A stretch of DNA of 64,000 bases from Candidatus Omnitrophota bacterium (GCA_003528115.1 DOGZ01000014.1:282689-346688); one strand, 5' to 3'. Shown: positions 1 through 13,851, numbered from the stretch's first letter. Numbers and translations: made by a program. Notes: generated by a model from the sequence alone, not told the origin.

Positions 1-1
1 T

Positions 2-316
2 TTTTGTAAGGCTTTTAATGAAAAAACAAAAGGAAGAGAAGCTCTTACCCTCCCCGTTATTATAACGGTATACAAAGATAAATCTTTCGATTTTATTATA
101 AAAACTCCGCCAAGCTCAGTCTTGCTTAAAAAAATTGCTAATCTGGCCAAGGCTTCAGGTGCGGCAGGAAAAGAGAAAATTGCACAGTTAAAGAAAAAGC
201 AAATAGAAGAAATTGCAAAAATGAAGATGGAAGATTTAAATACTGCTGATTTGCAACAGGCCATTGTGACGATAATGGGGACAGCAAAAAGTATGGGAAT
301 TGAGGTGGTAGATTAA
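2..316 (+). CDS. rplK: 50S ribosomal protein L11 (5' end outside window)
   Basis: Frame open from position 2: FCKAFNEKT...PVIITVYKDKSFDFIIKTPP...GTAKSMGIEVV. Confidence 0.97.
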   Translation, partial: FCKAFNEKTKGREALTLPVIITVYKDKSFDFIIKTPPSSVLLKKIANLAKASGAAGKEKIAQLKKKQIEEIAKMKMEDLNTADLQQAIVTIMGTAKSMGIEVVD

Positions 317-997
317 ATGGTTAGAATAAATAAAAGAATGAAGGAAGTAAAAAAATTGTTTGATAGACAGAAGGTATATTCACTTGATAATGCCGTTGAA
401 CATATGGCTAAATTCCCAAAAGTGAAATTTGATGAAACAGTTGAGTTGCATTTTATGCTTAATGTGAATCCAAAAACTTCCGATCAATCTGTTCGTGGGA
501 CGGTAGCATTACCGCACGGGTTAGGAAAAAAAGTGAAGGTGGTTGTTTTTTGTAAAGGAGAACTTGAGCAAAAGGCTAAAGAGGCGGGTGCTGATCTTGT
601 CGGAGCGCAGGAACTTATTGAAAAGGTTGAGCAGGGTTTTATGGATTTTGATGTGGTAATCGCAGCGCCGGATATGATGAGAGATCTCAGCAAACTGGGG
701 AAGATTTTGGGGCCACGTGGATTAATGCCTACGCCTAAGGCTGGAACCGTTACGATGGATGTCGCTAAGGCTATAAAAGAAATTAAAGCGGGAAAGATTG
801 AATTTAAGTCTGATAAACAGGGGGGCATCCATGTCGGTATAGGAAAGAGATCGTTTTCTAAAGATAAATTACTTGAGAACATAAATCATTTAATAGATGC
901 CGTTAATCGTAGTAAGCCCAATTCAGTTAAAGGCAATCTGATTAGAAGTTTGTCCTTATCGTCAACTATGGGGCCCGGATTGAGGATCACGTTATGA
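317..997 (+). CDS. rplA: 50S ribosomal protein L1
   Basis: KFDETVE, LGPRGLMPTPKAGTVT, STMGPG motifs; follows rplK. Confidence 0.98.
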   Translation: MVRINKRMKEVKKLFDRQKVYSLDNAVEHMAKFPKVKFDETVELHFMLNVNPKTSDQSVRGTVALPHGLGKKVKVVVFCKGELEQKAKEAGADLVGAQELIEKVEQGFMDFDVVIAAPDMMRDLSKLGKILGPRGLMPTPKAGTVTMDVAKAIKEIKAGKIEFKSDKQGGIHVGIGKRSFSKDKLLENINHLIDAVNRSKPNSVKGNLIRSLSLSSTMGPGLRITL

Positions 998-1524
998 AAA
1001 AGGTTGGCCGATTATATCGAGAATACTTAGCTGATCGTATAAGGGAGAGAGTCGGTAACAGTAGCAGCACATTTCTTTTAAATTATACGCAAGTCGATTC
1101 ATCTCGTCTGAGTGATCTTCGCAAGAATCTTAAGAAAGCAGGAGCAGATGTTTGTGTATCGAAAAATTCCATTGCGCGGTTAGTTTTAAAGGACATGAAT
1201 TTCAGTGAATTTTCTGAGGAGGTTAAAGGACAAACAGCATTTGTCTGGAGTAAGGCGGATTCCGTAGAAGTGTCAAAAGTTTTACTCGAATTCATCAAAA
1301 ATTGTGAAAACATTTCTGTTCGAGGGGGATTGCTTGAAGGAAGGACTTTAAAAAAAGAGGATGTGAAGAAATTATCCGATTTACCATCCAAACAAATTTT
1401 GATAGCCACGCTTTTGGGGACTATTCAGGCCCCATTGACACGATTGGCTGGTATTTTAACAGCTAAATCAACTGAATTATTGTCTATATTGAAACAATTA
1501 AGTGAAAAAAAGGGAGGTAGTTAA
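994..1524 (+). CDS. rplJ: 50S ribosomal protein L10
   Basis: LRKNLK...[16 protein letters not shown] motifs; lies between rplA and rplL. Confidence 0.93.
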   Translation: MKKVGRLYREYLADRIRERVGNSSSTFLLNYTQVDSSRLSDLRKNLKKAGADVCVSKNSIARLVLKDMNFSEFSEEVKGQTAFVWSKADSVEVSKVLLEFIKNCENISVRGGLLEGRTLKKEDVKKLSDLPSKQILIATLLGTIQAPLTRLAGILTAKSTELLSILKQLSEKKGGS

Positions 1525-1525
1525 A

Positions 1526-1957
1526 ATGTCTGGAGATACTATGACGGAAAAAAAGAGTGTTTCTCTTTCTTCAAAATTGGAAGAGATCGCAAAAAACATC
1601 GAGGGATTAACAGCTCTTGAACTTTCTGAATTGGTGAAGGGCCTTGAAGATAGGCTTGGTATCAAAGCGGCCGCACCCATGGCTGCTGGCATGATGATGC
1701 CCGCTGGAGCGGTTGGTGGGGCACCGGCTGCCGCTGTTGAAGAAAAGACAGCATTTGATATTATTCTTACTAACGCAGGAGCCAATAAAATTGCTGTTAT
1801 CAAGGAAGTGAGAGCGGCAACTAATTTGGGTTTGAAAGAGGCTAAAGATCTCGTTGAGGCGGCGCCGAAAACTGTAAAAGAAGGGGTTTCCAAGGAAGAA
1901 GCAGAAGAACTTAAAAAGAAATTGGAAGCAGCAGGCGCTAAAGTTGAATTAAAATGA
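1526..1957 (+). CDS. rplL: 50S ribosomal protein L7/L12
   Basis: [27 protein letters not shown]; ATG 1526 follows SD GGAGGT (alternative start 1541). Confidence 0.97.
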   Translation: MSGDTMTEKKSVSLSSKLEEIAKNIEGLTALELSELVKGLEDRLGIKAAAPMAAGMMMPAGAVGGAPAAAVEEKTAFDIILTNAGANKIAVIKEVRAATNLGLKEAKDLVEAAPKTVKEGVSKEEAEELKKKLEAAGAKVELK

Positions 1958-2018
1958 GTCCAATTGGTTTCGTTTAATAAAACTAAACCCTTAAACGCCT
2001 CTAACCCACTTTGAGATA

Positions 2019-5000
2019 ATGAAAAAATTAAAAATCAAGAATTTTAGTAAATTTCAGGACAATTTTGAATTACCCTCGCTTCTGGATATTCAATTAGTTG
2101 CCTACGCAGATTTTCTCCAGTGGGATGCCTCACCTGAAAAGCGTAAAGATCAAGGTTTAGAAGAAGTTTTTCATGAAGTATTTCCTTTAGAGAGTTATGA
2201 TGGACAAATTAAGTTAGAATACTTTAGTTATACGTTGGGCAAGGAAAAATATTCAGCCGCTGAATGTAAGCGCAGAGGGGTGACCTATTCAGCGCCGCTT
2301 AAGGTGAAGCTTCGGTTGATTACGCCTGTGGATATTAAAGAGCAGGAAGTATATTTTGGCGAATTTCCCCTAATGACCGATACCGGGACATTTATTATTA
2401 ATGGTGATGAGCGTGTTGTTGTCTCGCAGATTCAGCGTCCGCCAGGTGTTTCATTTGAGGAAGAGTTACATCCTACCGGAAAGAGCATTTATCATGGGCG
2501 CATTATCCCTTCAAGAGGGGCGTGGTTCGAAATTCGCTATGACCTTAATAATATTTTGTTAGCGTATGTAGACCGTCGAAGAAATTTTCCGGCCACTCAA
2601 ATTTTGCGTATTATGGGATTATCAACGAATGAGGATATGCAAAAGATGTTTGGAGATGATTTTGAGAAATTAAAGCCAACTCTTGAGAAAGACCATACGG
2701 AAAATAAAGATGAAGCGTTGCTTGATTTTTATCGAAAGATGCGACCAACCGAACCGGCAACAATCGAAGTCGCCGATGGTTTATTTTTTAGATTATTTTT
2801 TGAAGCAAAACGCTATGATTTGAGTAAAGTTGGACGTCATATTGTCAATCGAAAATTAGGCATGGATATGCCTTTGGATAATAGAGTCTTAGATATCACT
2901 ACCGTAGTTGGAGTCATTCGCTATTTATTTGGGCTTCGAGAAGGGCGTGGGGACACGGATGATATTGATCATCTTGGGAATCGTCGTATTAAGACGGTTG
3001 GAGAGTTGGTTCAAAATCAAGTTCGGATCGGTTTAGCTCGCCTTGAACGCTCTATTAAAGAGCGTTTAGTGGTTATGACTAATTTTGAGAATCTGACTGT
3101 TCATCATTTAATTAATTCAAGACTCTTTTCAAATCAGATTCAAGACTTCTTTGCAAGAAGTCAGTTGTCTCAATTTATGGATCAGGTAAACCCTTTATCT
3201 GAGATGACGCATAAAAGAAGATTGAGCGCCTTGGGTCCGGGAGGGTTATCTCGTGAAAGAGCTGGTTTTGAGGTCAGAGATGTCCACCCCACCCACTATG
3301 GCCGTGTCTGTCCTATTGAGACGCCGGAAGGGCCTAATATCGGGTTGATTGCTTCTCTGACAAACTTTGCCCGCGTTAATGAGTTGGGATTTATCGAAAC
3401 ACCATATCGTAAAGTCGTCGACGGACGCGTGACTAAGAAAATTGAATATCTTACGGCGGATAAGGATCAACATGAATATGTTGCCCAAGCCAGTTCACTT
3501 GTGAATGAAAATGGAGAATTTACAGAGAAAGAAATTCTTTGCCGGTACAAAACGGATTTTCCTAAAGTCCGCCCAAAAGATGTTGCTTATATTGATGTCT
3601 CTCCCAAACAGCTAGTGTCCATCGCTGCTTCTCTTATTCCATTCTTAGAGCATGATGACGCTAACCGCGCTTTGATGGGGTCTAACATGCAACGTCAGGC
3701 TGTGCCTCTGATGATTCCTGAGGTCCCCTATGTTGGGACGGGAATGGAAGAAAAGGTCGCACGCGATTCTGGCGTTGTTGTGATTGCCAAGGATGAAGGA
3801 ATAGTTACGAAAGTTGATGCAAGTGAGATTGTTGTTGGCAAAAGAGTTTATCCATTAAAGAATTATCAACGGACAAATGCCAATACATGTATTCATCAAA
3901 GGCCTTTGGTTCATATTGGAGAGAAGGTGGAGGTAGGACAAATCATTGCCGATGGAGTAGCCACTCAAAATGGTCGTCTCGCTTTGGGACACAATGTTTT
4001 GGTTGCTTTCATGCCATGGCGTGGGTACAACTTTGAAGATGCTATCCTTGTTAACGAAAAGATAGTGCGCGAAGACGTGTTCACGTCAATTCATATTGAG
4101 AAGTTTGAAATTGAATGTCGAGAGACAAGATTAGGTAATGAGGAGATTACCCGGGATATTCCTAATGTCAGCGAAGAATCCTTAGTTAATTTAAATGAAG
4201 ATGGTATTGTCCGAGTCGGTGCGGATGTCAAAGCGGGGGATATTTTAGTCGGTAAAGTAACACCCAAAAGCGAGAAAGAACTTTCGCCGGAGGAGCGATT
4301 ACTTAGAGCTATCTTTGGGGAGAAAGCCGCCGATATTCGTGATACGTCGATGACTCTTTCTCCAGGCATAGAAGGTGTTGTTGTGAATATTGAAGTCTTT
4401 CAAAGAAATGAGCGCGGAAGAAAAGCTAAACTTGATAAAGAAAAAGAATCGGATGCTGTTGAAAAAATAAAAGCCTATTATAAACAAGAAATTCAGATGA
4501 TTGAGGAAGAGAAAGACAAGAGATTGTCTAAGCTTCTTGGGGTTGATAAAAAGAAATTAGGGAAAATTAAACCAGAAGACTTTGCTGAAGATTCTGAAGA
4601 GCTTGAGGTTATTCGATTTTATAATGACAAGATCGCTGAGTTAGTTGAAGAGGAAATTCAAGAGATTGAGAGAGCTAGGAGGGGAGATGAATTGCCGGCC
4701 GGCGTTCTTAAGCGCGTTATCGTTTATGTGGCGACTAAACGAAAGCTTTCAGAAGGCGACAAAATGGCTGGCCGTCATGGGAATAAAGGTATTGTATCCA
4801 GAATTCTACCCGAAGCGGATATGCCATTTTTAGAAGATGGAAGATCGGTTGATATAGTCTTGAACCCTTTAGGCGTTCCTTCCCGTATGAATGTGGGACA
4901 ACTTTTAGAGACTCATTTGGGCTGGGCCGTTCAGGCCCTTGGATTTTATGCTGAATCACCAGTTTTTAATGGGGCGACGGAAGAAGACATCCGTACCTGT

Positions 5001-5498
5001 TTAAAAGAGGCGGGTTTGCCCGAAGACGGAAAAACGACTGTTTATGATGGATATACGGGGATTCCATTTGATCAAAAAGTAACGGTGGGGGTCATTTACA
5101 TTTTGAAATTGAATCATCTCGTCGATGAGAAGATTCATGCCCGTTCGATTGGACCGTATTCATTGGTTACGCAACAGCCATTAGGCGGAAAGGCCCACTT
5201 TGGAGGACAACGGTTTGGAGAAATGGAAGTTTGGGCCTTGGAGGCTTATGGAGCGGCATACACACTTCAGGAGATGTTGACGGTAAAGAGTGATGACGTT
5301 ACAGGTCGCAGCCGAATGTACGAGGCTATCGTCAAAGGTCAACAAAAGCTCGCGCCTGGGACCCCAGAATCATTTAATGTCCTTGTTAAAGAACTTCAGG
5401 GACTGTGTCTGGATATTAAAATGGTTAAAGCGAATGCTGAAAATCCTGAAACAGATGAATCTAAAATAATTGAAAAACTAAGAGGTAAGAAAAAATAA
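2019..5498 (+). CDS. rpoB: RNA polymerase beta subunit
   Basis: [47 protein letters not shown]. Confidence 0.99.
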   Translation: MKKLKIKNFSKFQDNFELPSLLDIQLVAYADFLQWDASPEKRKDQGLEEVFHEVFPLESYDGQIKLEYFSYTLGKEKYSAAECKRRGVTYSAPLKVKLRLITPVDIKEQEVYFGEFPLMTDTGTFIINGDERVVVSQIQRPPGVSFEEELHPTGKSIYHGRIIPSRGAWFEIRYDLNNILLAYVDRRRNFPATQILRIMGLSTNEDMQKMFGDDFEKLKPTLEKDHTENKDEALLDFYRKMRPTEPATIEVADGLFFRLFFEAKRYDLSKVGRHIVNRKLGMDMPLDNRVLDITTVVGVIRYLFGLREGRGDTDDIDHLGNRRIKTVGELVQNQVRIGLARLERSIKERLVVMTNFENLTVHHLINSRLFSNQIQDFFARSQLSQFMDQVNPLSEMTHKRRLSALGPGGLSRERAGFEVRDVHPTHYGRVCPIETPEGPNIGLIASLTNFARVNELGFIETPYRKVVDGRVTKKIEYLTADKDQHEYVAQASSLVNENGEFTEKEILCRYKTDFPKVRPKDVAYIDVSPKQLVSIAASLIPFLEHDDANRALMGSNMQRQAVPLMIPEVPYVGTGMEEKVARDSGVVVIAKDEGIVTKVDASEIVVGKRVYPLKNYQRTNANTCIHQRPLVHIGEKVEVGQIIADGVATQNGRLALGHNVLVAFMPWRGYNFEDAILVNEKIVREDVFTSIHIEKFEIECRETRLGNEEITRDIPNVSEESLVNLNEDGIVRVGADVKAGDILVGKVTPKSEKELSPEERLLRAIFGEKAADIRDTSMTLSPGIEGVVVNIEVFQRNERGRKAKLDKEKESDAVEKIKAYYKQEIQMIEEEKDKRLSKLLGVDKKKLGKIKPEDFAEDSEELEVIRFYNDKIAELVEEEIQEIERARRGDELPAGVLKRVIVYVATKRKLSEGDKMAGRHGNKGIVSRILPEADMPFLEDGRSVDIVLNPLGVPSRMNVGQLLETHLGWAVQALGFYAESPVFNGATEEDIRTCLKEAGLPEDGKTTVYDGYTGIPFDQKVTVGVIYILKLNHLVDEKIHARSIGPYSLVTQQPLGGKAHFGGQRFGEMEVWALEAYGAAYTLQEMLTVKSDDVTGRSRMYEAIVKGQQKLAPGTPESFNVLVKELQGLCLDIKMVKANAENPETDESKIIEKLRGKKK

Positions 5499-5499
5499 A

Positions 5500-8400
5500 A
5501 TGACGAAACCAGAAGACATTAATAATCGCGACCGAATTACTATCGGGATTGCTTCTCCAGAAGTGATTCGTTCTTGGTCTCACGGAGTTGTCAAGAAGGC
5601 GGAAACGCTGAATTACAGAACTTTGAAACCTGAAAAGGACGGTCTTTTTTGCGAAAAAATTTTTGGGCCGGTTCGAGATTGGGAATGTAATTGCGGAAAG
5701 TATAAAGGGATTAAGTTTAAGGGAATCACCTGTGATCGTTGCGGCGTGACCGTCAATCGATCTTCTGTTCGTCGAGAACGAATGGGGCATATCGAATTAG
5801 CCTGCCCAGTGACACACATATGGTTTTATAAAGCCGTTCCTAGCCGATTAGCGGCGTTATTACAGTTGGGTCTGAGAGATTTGGAAAAACTTATTTATTA
5901 TGAAGAATACGTTGTTATCAATCCCGGTGAGACTCCGTTGAAAAAGAAACAGTTTTTATCTGAAGATGAATATCAAGACGCTTTGGTGAAATATGGTGGA
6001 GCCTTTAAGGCGAAAATTGGAGCCGAGGCGGTTGAAGAACTTCTAAAAGAACTTGATTTGGATGATTTGTGCAAGAAATTACGTAAAGATTTAGAGAAAT
6101 CTAATCCGGCGGGGACGAACGCAAAGAAAATATCTAAGACCCTGAAGGTGGCGGAAGATTTTAAGGGTTCTAATAACTCGCCGGACTGGATGGTTCTTGA
6201 TGTTTTGCCCGTTATCCCACCCGATTTAAGACCCCTTGTTCCCCTTGAGGGGGGGCGGTTTGCCACTTCAGACTTGAATGATCTTTATCGTCGTGTAATT
6301 AATCGTAATAATCGATTAAAGAAATTAATAGATCTTAAGGCGCCTGAAATTATTTGCCGTAATGAGAAACGTATGCTTCAGGAAGCAGTTGACGCTTTAC
6401 TCGATAACGGTCGTCATGGTCGACCTGTTTTAGGTTCAGGCAATCGCCCCTTAAAATCCCTTTCGGATATGCTAAAAGGCAAGCAGGGGAGATTCCGTAT
6501 GAATCTCCTTGGAAAACGCGTTGATTATTCGGGGCGTTCTGTTATCGTCGTAGGCCCAAATTTAAAATTACATCAATGCGGGCTGCCTAAAAAAATGGCG
6601 CTTGAGCTCTTTGAGCCGTTTATTATCCGTAAGCTTCGTGAGAAAGGGTATGTGCATACCATCAAAGGGGCTAAAAGGATGGTCGAGAAGGCCAAAGTAG
6701 AGGTCTGGGATATTTTAGATGAGGTTATCAAAGACCATCCGGTCATGTTGAATCGAGCTCCCACACTTCACCGTTTGAGTATTCAGGCCTTTTACCCGAT
6801 TCTCGTTGAAGGCAAAGCGATCAAACTTCATCCCCTTGTATGCGCGGCTTTCAACGCTGATTTTGACGGGGATCAAATGGCTGTTCATATTCCTCTTTCC
6901 TTAGAAGCCCAAATGGAATGTCGCTTAGAATTGCTTTCTGTAAATAATTTATTCTCACCGGCTGATGGCCGTCCGGTTATCTCGCCCTCACAGGATGTGG
7001 TATTGGGCCTTTATTATCTTACCAAGGAAAATGAAAAAGATAAGGACGAGGATAAGATTTTTGCCTCAACTGAAGAAGTAATGATCGCCTTTAACGATGG
7101 GATGTTGGCTCTGCATAAACGCATTAAGTTGAGGCTTAAATTCCCTGTTTGGGGTGACGAAAAGCCTTCTTTAATTATTTCACAAGAAGAAGCTTTAGAG
7201 GGAAAACAAGAGAAAACACAACAAGAAGCCTCGCATAAATCGACAATAATTGAAACTACCGTTGGGCGGGTCATTTTAAATGAATTGCTACCAGAGGGAT
7301 TTGGTTTTGTTAATGAATTGCAGGATAAAAAGAAAATCGGTGCTGTTATTTCAAATTGTTATAAAAGATTTGGTCAGGATAAGACAATTAAACTCCTGGA
7401 TAATTTGAAGGATCTAGGATTTAATTATGCGACTCTTGCGGGTATTTCTATAGGAATTTCAGATATAACGATTCCAATACAGAAAGCTGAAATTCTTAAA
7501 AATTCTAAACAAGAAGTTAGTAAAATAGAAGATCAATATCGAAAAGGTATTATTACCGGGAGAGAGCGGTACAATAAAATAATTGACGTCTGGACCCATA
7601 CCACAGAAACGTTATCTGATTTGGTATTTAAGCAGATGGATCCGTTTAATCCAGTTTTCATTATGGCTGATTCTGGAGCCCGCGGTTCACGTTTGCAGAT
7701 CCGTCAACTTTCCGGGATGAGGGGATTGATGGCGAAACCTTCGGGTGAAATTATTGAAAATCCTATTACGGCCAGTTTCCGTGAGGGTTTAAGCGTTCTT
7801 GAGTACTTTATATCGACGCACGGCGCTCGCAAAGGGTTGGCGGATACCGCGTTAAAGACCGCTGATGCAGGTTATTTAACTCGACGCCTTGTCGACGTGG
7901 CACAAGAGATGGTTATTGGTGAAGAGGATTGCAAAACTCAAAATGGTATTACCGTCTCTGCGATCATCGAGGGAGATGAGCTTGTAGTAAGTTTAAAAGA
8001 ACGGATCACTGGACGTGTTGCCCTTGATACGATTGTAGACATTGTGACGGATCATAAGGTTGTTGAGGCTGGGGATGTAATTACAGAAGAAACTGCGGAA
8101 TTTATCGAACACCTTGGTATTGAGAAGGTACGTATTCGAAGTGTTTTAACCTGCGAGTCTGAACGTGGGTTGTGCGTTAAGTGTTATGGGCGGAATTTAG
8201 CCACGCAACGGTTGGTTGAAATCGGAGAAGCTGTTGGAACAATAGCTGCACAAAGCATAGGAGAGCCTGGCACGCAGCTAACGATGCGTACATTTCATAT
8301 TGGGGGTACGGCCAGCCGTGCTATCGAACAATCATTTTATAAAGCAAAGAATAATGGAACAGTAAAATATCATCAATTGCGGGTTGTCGCTAAAGACAAA

Positions 8401-9621
8401 GAATTTATAGTTCTTAATCGCAATGGATCTATAAGCATAAATAATGAATTCGGACGAGAATTTGAACGTTACCAATTACCGCAAGGTGCTGTCATCAAGG
8501 CGTCCGACGGTGAAACAATTGTAAAGGATCAGGTGTTTGTTACATGGGATCCTTATACAATCCCCATTATTACAGAAGTTAAGGGGGGTGTAAATTCAGA
8601 AGATCTCATTGCCAATGTGACGGTTCAAGAAGAGCAAAACCCAGTGACGGGAGTAACGGAAAGGGTGGTTGTTGAGCATAAACAAGAGTATCATCCGCAG
8701 ATTATCATTACCGATGATAAGCAGGAGATAGTTGGTATTTATTCAATTCCTATTGGAGCACACATTCTTGTTAAAGATAAACAGGAAGTGAGCGCGGGAG
8801 ATTTGATTGCCAAAATTCCGCGGGGGGCCGGAAAGACAAGGGATATTACGGGAGGGCTTCCTCGCGTCGCAGAATTGTTTGAAGCTAGAAAACCTAAAGA
8901 TCCAGCAGTTATTAGTGAGATAGACGGTGCCGTCGAATTTGGTGAAGATAAAAAAGGCCGGAGGACAATTATTGTAAAAAGTCCGACGGGTATGGTGGTA
9001 GAATACACTATCCCTCATGGAAAACACCCAAATGTTTATAGGGGTGATAGAGTTTTTGCAGGTCAACAACTCACGGATGGGCCTGTTGTCCCGCATGATA
9101 TTTTAAGAGTTTGCGGAGACAAGGTTCTTCAAGAGTATTTACTCAATGAAGTCCAAGAAGTTTATCGTTTACAAGGAGTGCGTATAAATGATAAACACAT
9201 TGAATTGATTATTTCACAGATGCTCAAGAAGGTGAAAATAGAAGATGCTGGCGACACAAGTCTTTTAGTCGGGGAACAGGTGAATCGCGTTACTTTTAAA
9301 AAGATTAATGAGGAGATATTAAAGAAGAAAGGAAAGCCAGCCCAAGCGACACCGCTTTTATTAGGTATTACGAAAGTTTCTTTGACAACAGAAAGTTTCA
9401 TTTCCTCGGCGAGTTTTCAAGAAACAACAAGAGTCTTGACAGAAGCTGCCTCATCTGGTAAAATTGATTTTCTTTGTGGCTTGAAAGAGAATGTAATTGT
9501 AGGACATTTGATACCCGCAGGGACGGGGCTAAGACAATACAGAGAAGTGGAAGTGGTAAAATATGCCGACGATACAACAGCTCATCAGGAAAAGCAGAGT
9601 ACAGAAACAAAAGAAGAGTAA
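5500..9621 (+). CDS. rpoC: RNA polymerase beta' subunit
   Basis: NADFDGD catalytic motif, N-terminal Zn-ribbon cysteines, large insertion in the trigger loop. Confidence 0.99.
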   Translation: MTKPEDINNRDRITIGIASPEVIRSWSHGVVKKAETLNYRTLKPEKDGLFCEKIFGPVRDWECNCGKYKGIKFKGITCDRCGVTVNRSSVRRERMGHIELACPVTHIWFYKAVPSRLAALLQLGLRDLEKLIYYEEYVVINPGETPLKKKQFLSEDEYQDALVKYGGAFKAKIGAEAVEELLKELDLDDLCKKLRKDLEKSNPAGTNAKKISKTLKVAEDFKGSNNSPDWMVLDVLPVIPPDLRPLVPLEGGRFATSDLNDLYRRVINRNNRLKKLIDLKAPEIICRNEKRMLQEAVDALLDNGRHGRPVLGSGNRPLKSLSDMLKGKQGRFRMNLLGKRVDYSGRSVIVVGPNLKLHQCGLPKKMALELFEPFIIRKLREKGYVHTIKGAKRMVEKAKVEVWDILDEVIKDHPVMLNRAPTLHRLSIQAFYPILVEGKAIKLHPLVCAAFNADFDGDQMAVHIPLSLEAQMECRLELLSVNNLFSPADGRPVISPSQDVVLGLYYLTKENEKDKDEDKIFASTEEVMIAFNDGMLALHKRIKLRLKFPVWGDEKPSLIISQEEALEGKQEKTQQEASHKSTIIETTVGRVILNELLPEGFGFVNELQDKKKIGAVISNCYKRFGQDKTIKLLDNLKDLGFNYATLAGISIGISDITIPIQKAEILKNSKQEVSKIEDQYRKGIITGRERYNKIIDVWTHTTETLSDLVFKQMDPFNPVFIMADSGARGSRLQIRQLSGMRGLMAKPSGEIIENPITASFREGLSVLEYFISTHGARKGLADTALKTADAGYLTRRLVDVAQEMVIGEEDCKTQNGITVSAIIEGDELVVSLKERITGRVALDTIVDIVTDHKVVEAGDVITEETAEFIEHLGIEKVRIRSVLTCESERGLCVKCYGRNLATQRLVEIGEAVGTIAAQSIGEPGTQLTMRTFHIGGTASRAIEQSFYKAKNNGTVKYHQLRVVAKDKEFIVLNRNGSISINNEFGREFERYQLPQGAVIKASDGETIVKDQVFVTWDPYTIPIITEVKGGVNSEDLIANVTVQEEQNPVTGVTERVVVEHKQEYHPQIIITDDKQEIVGIYSIPIGAHILVKDKQEVSAGDLIAKIPRGAGKTRDITGGLPRVAELFEARKPKDPAVISEIDGAVEFGEDKKGRRTIIVKSPTGMVVEYTIPHGKHPNVYRGDRVFAGQQLTDGPVVPHDILRVCGDKVLQEYLLNEVQEVYRLQGVRINDKHIELIISQMLKKVKIEDAGDTSLLVGEQVNRVTFKKINEEILKKKGKPAQATPLLLGITKVSLTTESFISSASFQETTRVLTEAASSGKIDFLCGLKENVIVGHLIPAGTGLRQYREVEVVKYADDTTAHQEKQSTETKEE

Positions 9622-9940
9622 ATCTCCCGCCTTGACAAATTGTCCGTTTCGCCGGGGTGTGTGTCTTCAGGTTAAAACCATGACTCCCAAGAAGCCCAAT
9701 TCGGCGTTACGTAAAATTGCAAGAGTGAGATTATCTAACAAATTTGAGGTAACTTCTTATATTCCTGGCGAAGGCCACAATTTGCAGGAACACTCAATTG
9801 TTTTGGTGCGTGGCGGTCGTGTTAAAGATTTACCTGGAGTAAGATATCATATTGTGCGGGGTACATTAGACACATCAGGGGTTAAAAAACGTAAGAAATC
9901 CCGTTCCAAATACGGAGCTAAGAGGGAAAGTACTAAATAA
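9563..9940 (+). CDS. rpsL: 30S ribosomal protein S12
   Basis: [27 protein letters not shown]; overlaps rpoC by 59 nt. Confidence 0.99.
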   Translation: MPTIQQLIRKSRVQKQKKSKSPALTNCPFRRGVCLQVKTMTPKKPNSALRKIARVRLSNKFEVTSYIPGEGHNLQEHSIVLVRGGRVKDLPGVRYHIVRGTLDTSGVKKRKKSRSKYGAKRESTK

Positions 9941-9941
9941 G

Positions 9942-10412
9942 ATGAGAAGACGAAAAGCCGAACAACGAGAACCAATAGCTGATCCTAAATTTAGCAGTAG
10001 ACTCCTTTCTAAGTTCATAAATACAATTATGGAGAATGGCAAGAAAACTGTTGCTGAAGGAATTGTTTACGGAGCGCTTGATATTCTTGAACAAAAAACA
10101 CAAGAGACAAATGTTATAAAAGTCTTTAATAAAGCCATTGAAAATGTCCGTCCTAAGTTAGAAGTCAAAGCTAGACGGATAGGAGGAGCAACGTATCAGG
10201 TGCCTATTGAAGTGCCCTCAGGACGAGCCAATTCACTGGCGATACGCTGGCTTAGAGATTTTGCGCGAACTAAAAAAGGAAGACCAATGGATGTTAAGCT
10301 TGCTGATGAACTATTGGCTGCTTATAAAGGAGAAGGTGCCGCTGTAAAAAAACGTGACGATACGCATAAGATGGCTGAAGCTAATAAAGCCTTTTCTCAC
10401 CTAAGATGGTAG
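9942..10412 (+). CDS. rpsG: 30S ribosomal protein S7
   Basis: RRIGGATYQVP, HKMAEANKAF. Confidence 0.98.
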   Translation: MRRRKAEQREPIADPKFSSRLLSKFINTIMENGKKTVAEGIVYGALDILEQKTQETNVIKVFNKAIENVRPKLEVKARRIGGATYQVPIEVPSGRANSLAIRWLRDFARTKKGRPMDVKLADELLAAYKGEGAAVKKRDDTHKMAEANKAFSHLRW

Positions 10413-10414
10413 AA

Positions 10415-10460
10415 AATGGCAGTGCCAATTTTAAAGAAGATTTTAAAAGGTACTGCCATT
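10415..10460 (+). other. Long hairpin in the rpsG-fusA spacer
   Basis: AATGGCAGTGCC pairs with GGTACTGCCATT (one G-U), with an inner TTTTAAA/TTTAAAA stem; no poly-U tail. Confidence 0.6.
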
Positions 10461-10515
10461 CTTAATATAAAGGCAGTTATAAATTATTATTAAGAAATAA
10501 AATTTTGAGGAAGTA

Positions 10516-12618
10516 ATGGAAGACACAGCACTAAAAGATTATAGAAATATAGGCATTATAGCCCATATAGATGCAGGAAAGACAACTACGACTGAACGGA
10601 TTTTGTTTTATACCGGTGTCATTCATAAAATGGGGAATATTGATGAAGGAAATACCACGATGGACTGGATGGAACAAGAACAGGAAAGAGGTATTACCAT
10701 CACAGCTGCCAACACAACGTGTTTTTGGAAAAACAAAAAAATTAATATTATTGATACTCCCGGACACGTGGATTTTACCATCGAAGTTGAGCGTTCTTTA
10801 AAAGTATTGGATGGAGCTGTTGTAGTCTTATGCGGCACGAGTGGCGTACAGCCTCAGACGGAAACAGTTTGGCGGCAGGCTGATCGGTATGGCGTTCCAC
10901 GGGTTGCTTTTGTTAATAAGTTAGATCGGTTAGGGGCTAATTTTGAACGAGTTCTCGGTGATATCCATGAAAGATTAGGTGCAAACGCGGCCGCTATTCA
11001 ACTTCCAGATGGCTATGAGGATAGTTTCAAAGGAATTATGGATATTATCGAAGAAAAATATTATGTGTACAAAGATGATCAGGGAAAACAGATTGATACC
11101 CTGCCAATTCCTGAAGATTTTAAAAAGAAGGTCAAAGAAGCCCGACACATCCTTATTGAACGTTTGTCAGATGCTGATGACGAAATTATGGGGAAATTTC
11201 TAGAAGAGAAAGATATAACGGCAAGTGAAATTAAAGCGGGTATACGCAGAGCTGTGATTAAAAATGCATTCCTTCCAGTTCTTTGTGGGACATCTCTTAG
11301 AAATAAAGGAGTTCAGCTCGTTCTTGATGCTGTCTGCGATTATCTCCCCTCTCCCCTGGATGTTCCTCCCATTAAGGGGATTGACCCTTCAACAAGAGAG
11401 GAGTTGATTCGTGAGACTGACCCTAATGCTCCTTTAAGTGCCCTCGTATTTAAAATAGCTACAGATCCTTATGTTGGAAAATTATTTTATACTAGAATAT
11501 ATTCAGGGACTCTTAATTCAGGTAGTCAGGTTTATAATTCAACGGAAGAGACTAAAGAAAGAATCTCTAAGATAGTTCTCATGCATGCGAATAAACAAGA
11601 GATTGTTCAAAAGGCTTCCGCCGGAGAAATTGTTGCCTTGGTTGGTTTAAAAGACTCAAAAACCGGTAGTACACTTTGTGATCAAGACAAAAAAATTCTT
11701 TTGGAAAATATGCGAATCCCGGAACCGGTTGTTTCTATGGCCATAGAACCTAAAACTAAGGCCGATCAAGATAAGCTAGGGCTCACGTTGAAGAAATTTC
11801 TTGATGAAGATCCTTCGCTTAGAGTCAAGTATGATGAAGAAACAGCTCAAACTATTATTTCTGGTATGGGAGAACTTCATCTTGAAATTATCATAGATCG
11901 CATGAAACGGGAATTTAATCTTGAAACGAACATCGGTCGGCCGGAAGTTGCTTATAAAGAAACGATTACCAAAAAAGTTACTGGAATTGTAGGGAAATTT
12001 ATTTCTCAAAGCGGTGGGCGTGGACAATATGGTCATGTGGTTATTGATGTAGAGCCGGCAGAGGAAAAGGGTAAAGGGGTGGTATTTGTTAACAAGATTA
12101 AAGGGGGATCTATCCCGCGTGAATTTATACCCGCCGTTGAAAAAGGTATTAAGAGCGCCTCTTTAAATGGAATTCTAGCTGGATACCCAGCGACGGATTT
12201 TACTGTTACTTTAGTTGATGGATCATATCATGAAGTTGACTCAAGTGAATTATCCTTTCAATTGGCAGCTAAATATGCCTTGAAAGAGGCATTGGACAAG
12301 GGACGATCGATATTCTTAGAGCCGATCATGGATATTGAATTATCTTGTCCTGAAGATTTTATGGGAACAGTGATTGGGGATTTAAATACTCGAAGGGCAA
12401 AAATTACTAATCTTGGAACGCGTGGGAAAATAAAAACTGCCAGATGCGAAGTCCCTTTAGCAGAGATGTTTAATTACGTAAATGCCATACGTTCTCTTAC
12501 TCAGGGACGCGCGGCATTTTCCATGGAACCTGCATATTACGCGGAGGTTCCTAAATATATCGCTGATAAAATTATAGGTGAAAAACAAGGTGCTTTGACC
12601 AAAAAAGTTAATAGATAA
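10516..12618 (+). CDS. fusA: Elongation factor G
   Basis: [28 protein letters not shown]. Confidence 0.99.
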   Translation: MEDTALKDYRNIGIIAHIDAGKTTTTERILFYTGVIHKMGNIDEGNTTMDWMEQEQERGITITAANTTCFWKNKKINIIDTPGHVDFTIEVERSLKVLDGAVVVLCGTSGVQPQTETVWRQADRYGVPRVAFVNKLDRLGANFERVLGDIHERLGANAAAIQLPDGYEDSFKGIMDIIEEKYYVYKDDQGKQIDTLPIPEDFKKKVKEARHILIERLSDADDEIMGKFLEEKDITASEIKAGIRRAVIKNAFLPVLCGTSLRNKGVQLVLDAVCDYLPSPLDVPPIKGIDPSTREELIRETDPNAPLSALVFKIATDPYVGKLFYTRIYSGTLNSGSQVYNSTEETKERISKIVLMHANKQEIVQKASAGEIVALVGLKDSKTGSTLCDQDKKILLENMRIPEPVVSMAIEPKTKADQDKLGLTLKKFLDEDPSLRVKYDEETAQTIISGMGELHLEIIIDRMKREFNLETNIGRPEVAYKETITKKVTGIVGKFISQSGGRGQYGHVVIDVEPAEEKGKGVVFVNKIKGGSIPREFIPAVEKGIKSASLNGILAGYPATDFTVTLVDGSYHEVDSSELSFQLAAKYALKEALDKGRSIFLEPIMDIELSCPEDFMGTVIGDLNTRRAKITNLGTRGKIKTARCEVPLAEMFNYVNAIRSLTQGRAAFSMEPAYYAEVPKYIADKIIGEKQGALTKKVNR

Positions 12619-12657
12619 AGAATGGAAGTTTTTTGATAAAAAGGGAGGAGTATTACC

Positions 12658-13851
12658 ATGGCTAAAGAAAAATTTTTACGAAATAAGCCACACTTAAACA
12701 TAGGTACGATTGGTCACGTCGATCATGGAAAAACAACATTGAGCTCAGCGATTACCATGGTTTTACATAAAAAAGGATTGGCTGAGGTTAGAAGTTATGA
12801 TTCCATTGATAATGCTCCTGAAGAAAAAGAACGTGGCGTTACAATCAACATTGCCCACCTTGAATATCAGACAGAAAAAAGACATTATGCTCACATCGAC
12901 TGTCCCGGGCACGCAGATTATATTAAAAACATGATTACCGGTGCTGCTCAGATGGATGGCGCGATTTTAGTTGTAGCCGCTACCGATGGGGCTATGCCTC
13001 AGACAAAAGAGCATATCCTTTTGGCCCGCCAAGTTAACGTTCCTTACATTGTTGTGTTTATGAATAAATGTGATCAGGTTGAAGATCCAGAACTTTTAGA
13101 TCTTGTTGAATTGGAATTGAGAGAGCTTTTATCAAAGTATGAGTTCGATGGTGATAAAACGCCTATTATTAGAGGTAGCGCGTTACAGGCCTTAGAAAAC
13201 CCTGAAGATCCTGTGAAGGTAAAACCAATTTTAGATTTGATGAAAGCGGTGGATGATTATATAATTGAACCCGTCAGAGAGCTTGATAAACCTTTTCTCA
13301 TGGCTGTTGAAGACGTTTTTTCAATTTCAGGGCGTGGGACAGTTGCTACCGGAAGAATCGAAAGAGGAAAAGTTAAAGTTGGTGAAGAAGTCGATGTCGT
13401 TGGTGTTAAAAAAGAAATCGTTAAAACGGTCGTTACTGGTGTTGAAATGTTTCGTAAAGAATTGGATCAGGGGCAGGCTGGTGACAACGTCGGGCTTCTT
13501 TTGAGAGGTATTGATAAGAAAGCAATTGAAAGAGGCCAGGTATTAGCTTATCCAGGTTCAATCAAACCGCACACTAAGTTTAGAGCAAAGGCATATATCT
13601 TGACGAAAGAAGAAGGCGGACGGCATACGCCATTTTTCAAAGGTTATAGACCACAATTTTATTTCCGAACAACAGATGTTACAGGAACAGCAGAACTTCC
13701 AGCCGGTGTTGAAATGTGTATGCCGGGGGACAACGTAGAATTAATTGTTGAATTGATTGTTCCAATTGCTATTGAAAAAGAACTTCGATTCGCTATCCGA
13801 GAAGGTGGGCGTACGGTTGGAGCCGGTGTAATTCATGAAATTCTCGCTTAA
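12658..13851 (+). CDS. tuf: Elongation factor Tu
   Basis: [31 protein letters not shown]. Confidence 0.99.
   Translation: MAKEKFLRNKPHLNIGTIGHVDHGKTTLSSAITMVLHKKGLAEVRSYDSIDNAPEEKERGVTINIAHLEYQTEKRHYAHIDCPGHADYIKNMITGAAQMDGAILVVAATDGAMPQTKEHILLARQVNVPYIVVFMNKCDQVEDPELLDLVELELRELLSKYEFDGDKTPIIRGSALQALENPEDPVKVKPILDLMKAVDDYIIEPVRELDKPFLMAVEDVFSISGRGTVATGRIERGKVKVGEEVDVVGVKKEIVKTVVTGVEMFRKELDQGQAGDNVGLLLRGIDKKAIERGQVLAYPGSIKPHTKFRAKAYILTKEEGGRHTPFFKGYRPQFYFRTTDVTGTAELPAGVEMCMPGDNVELIVELIVPIAIEKELRFAIREGGRTVGAGVIHEILA

Noticed and set aside
8290-8850. Large insertion in the RpoC trigger loop as a possible intein
   Set aside because: No intein terminal residues or endonuclease motifs; position and size fit the known SI3/beta'i6 lineage insertion.
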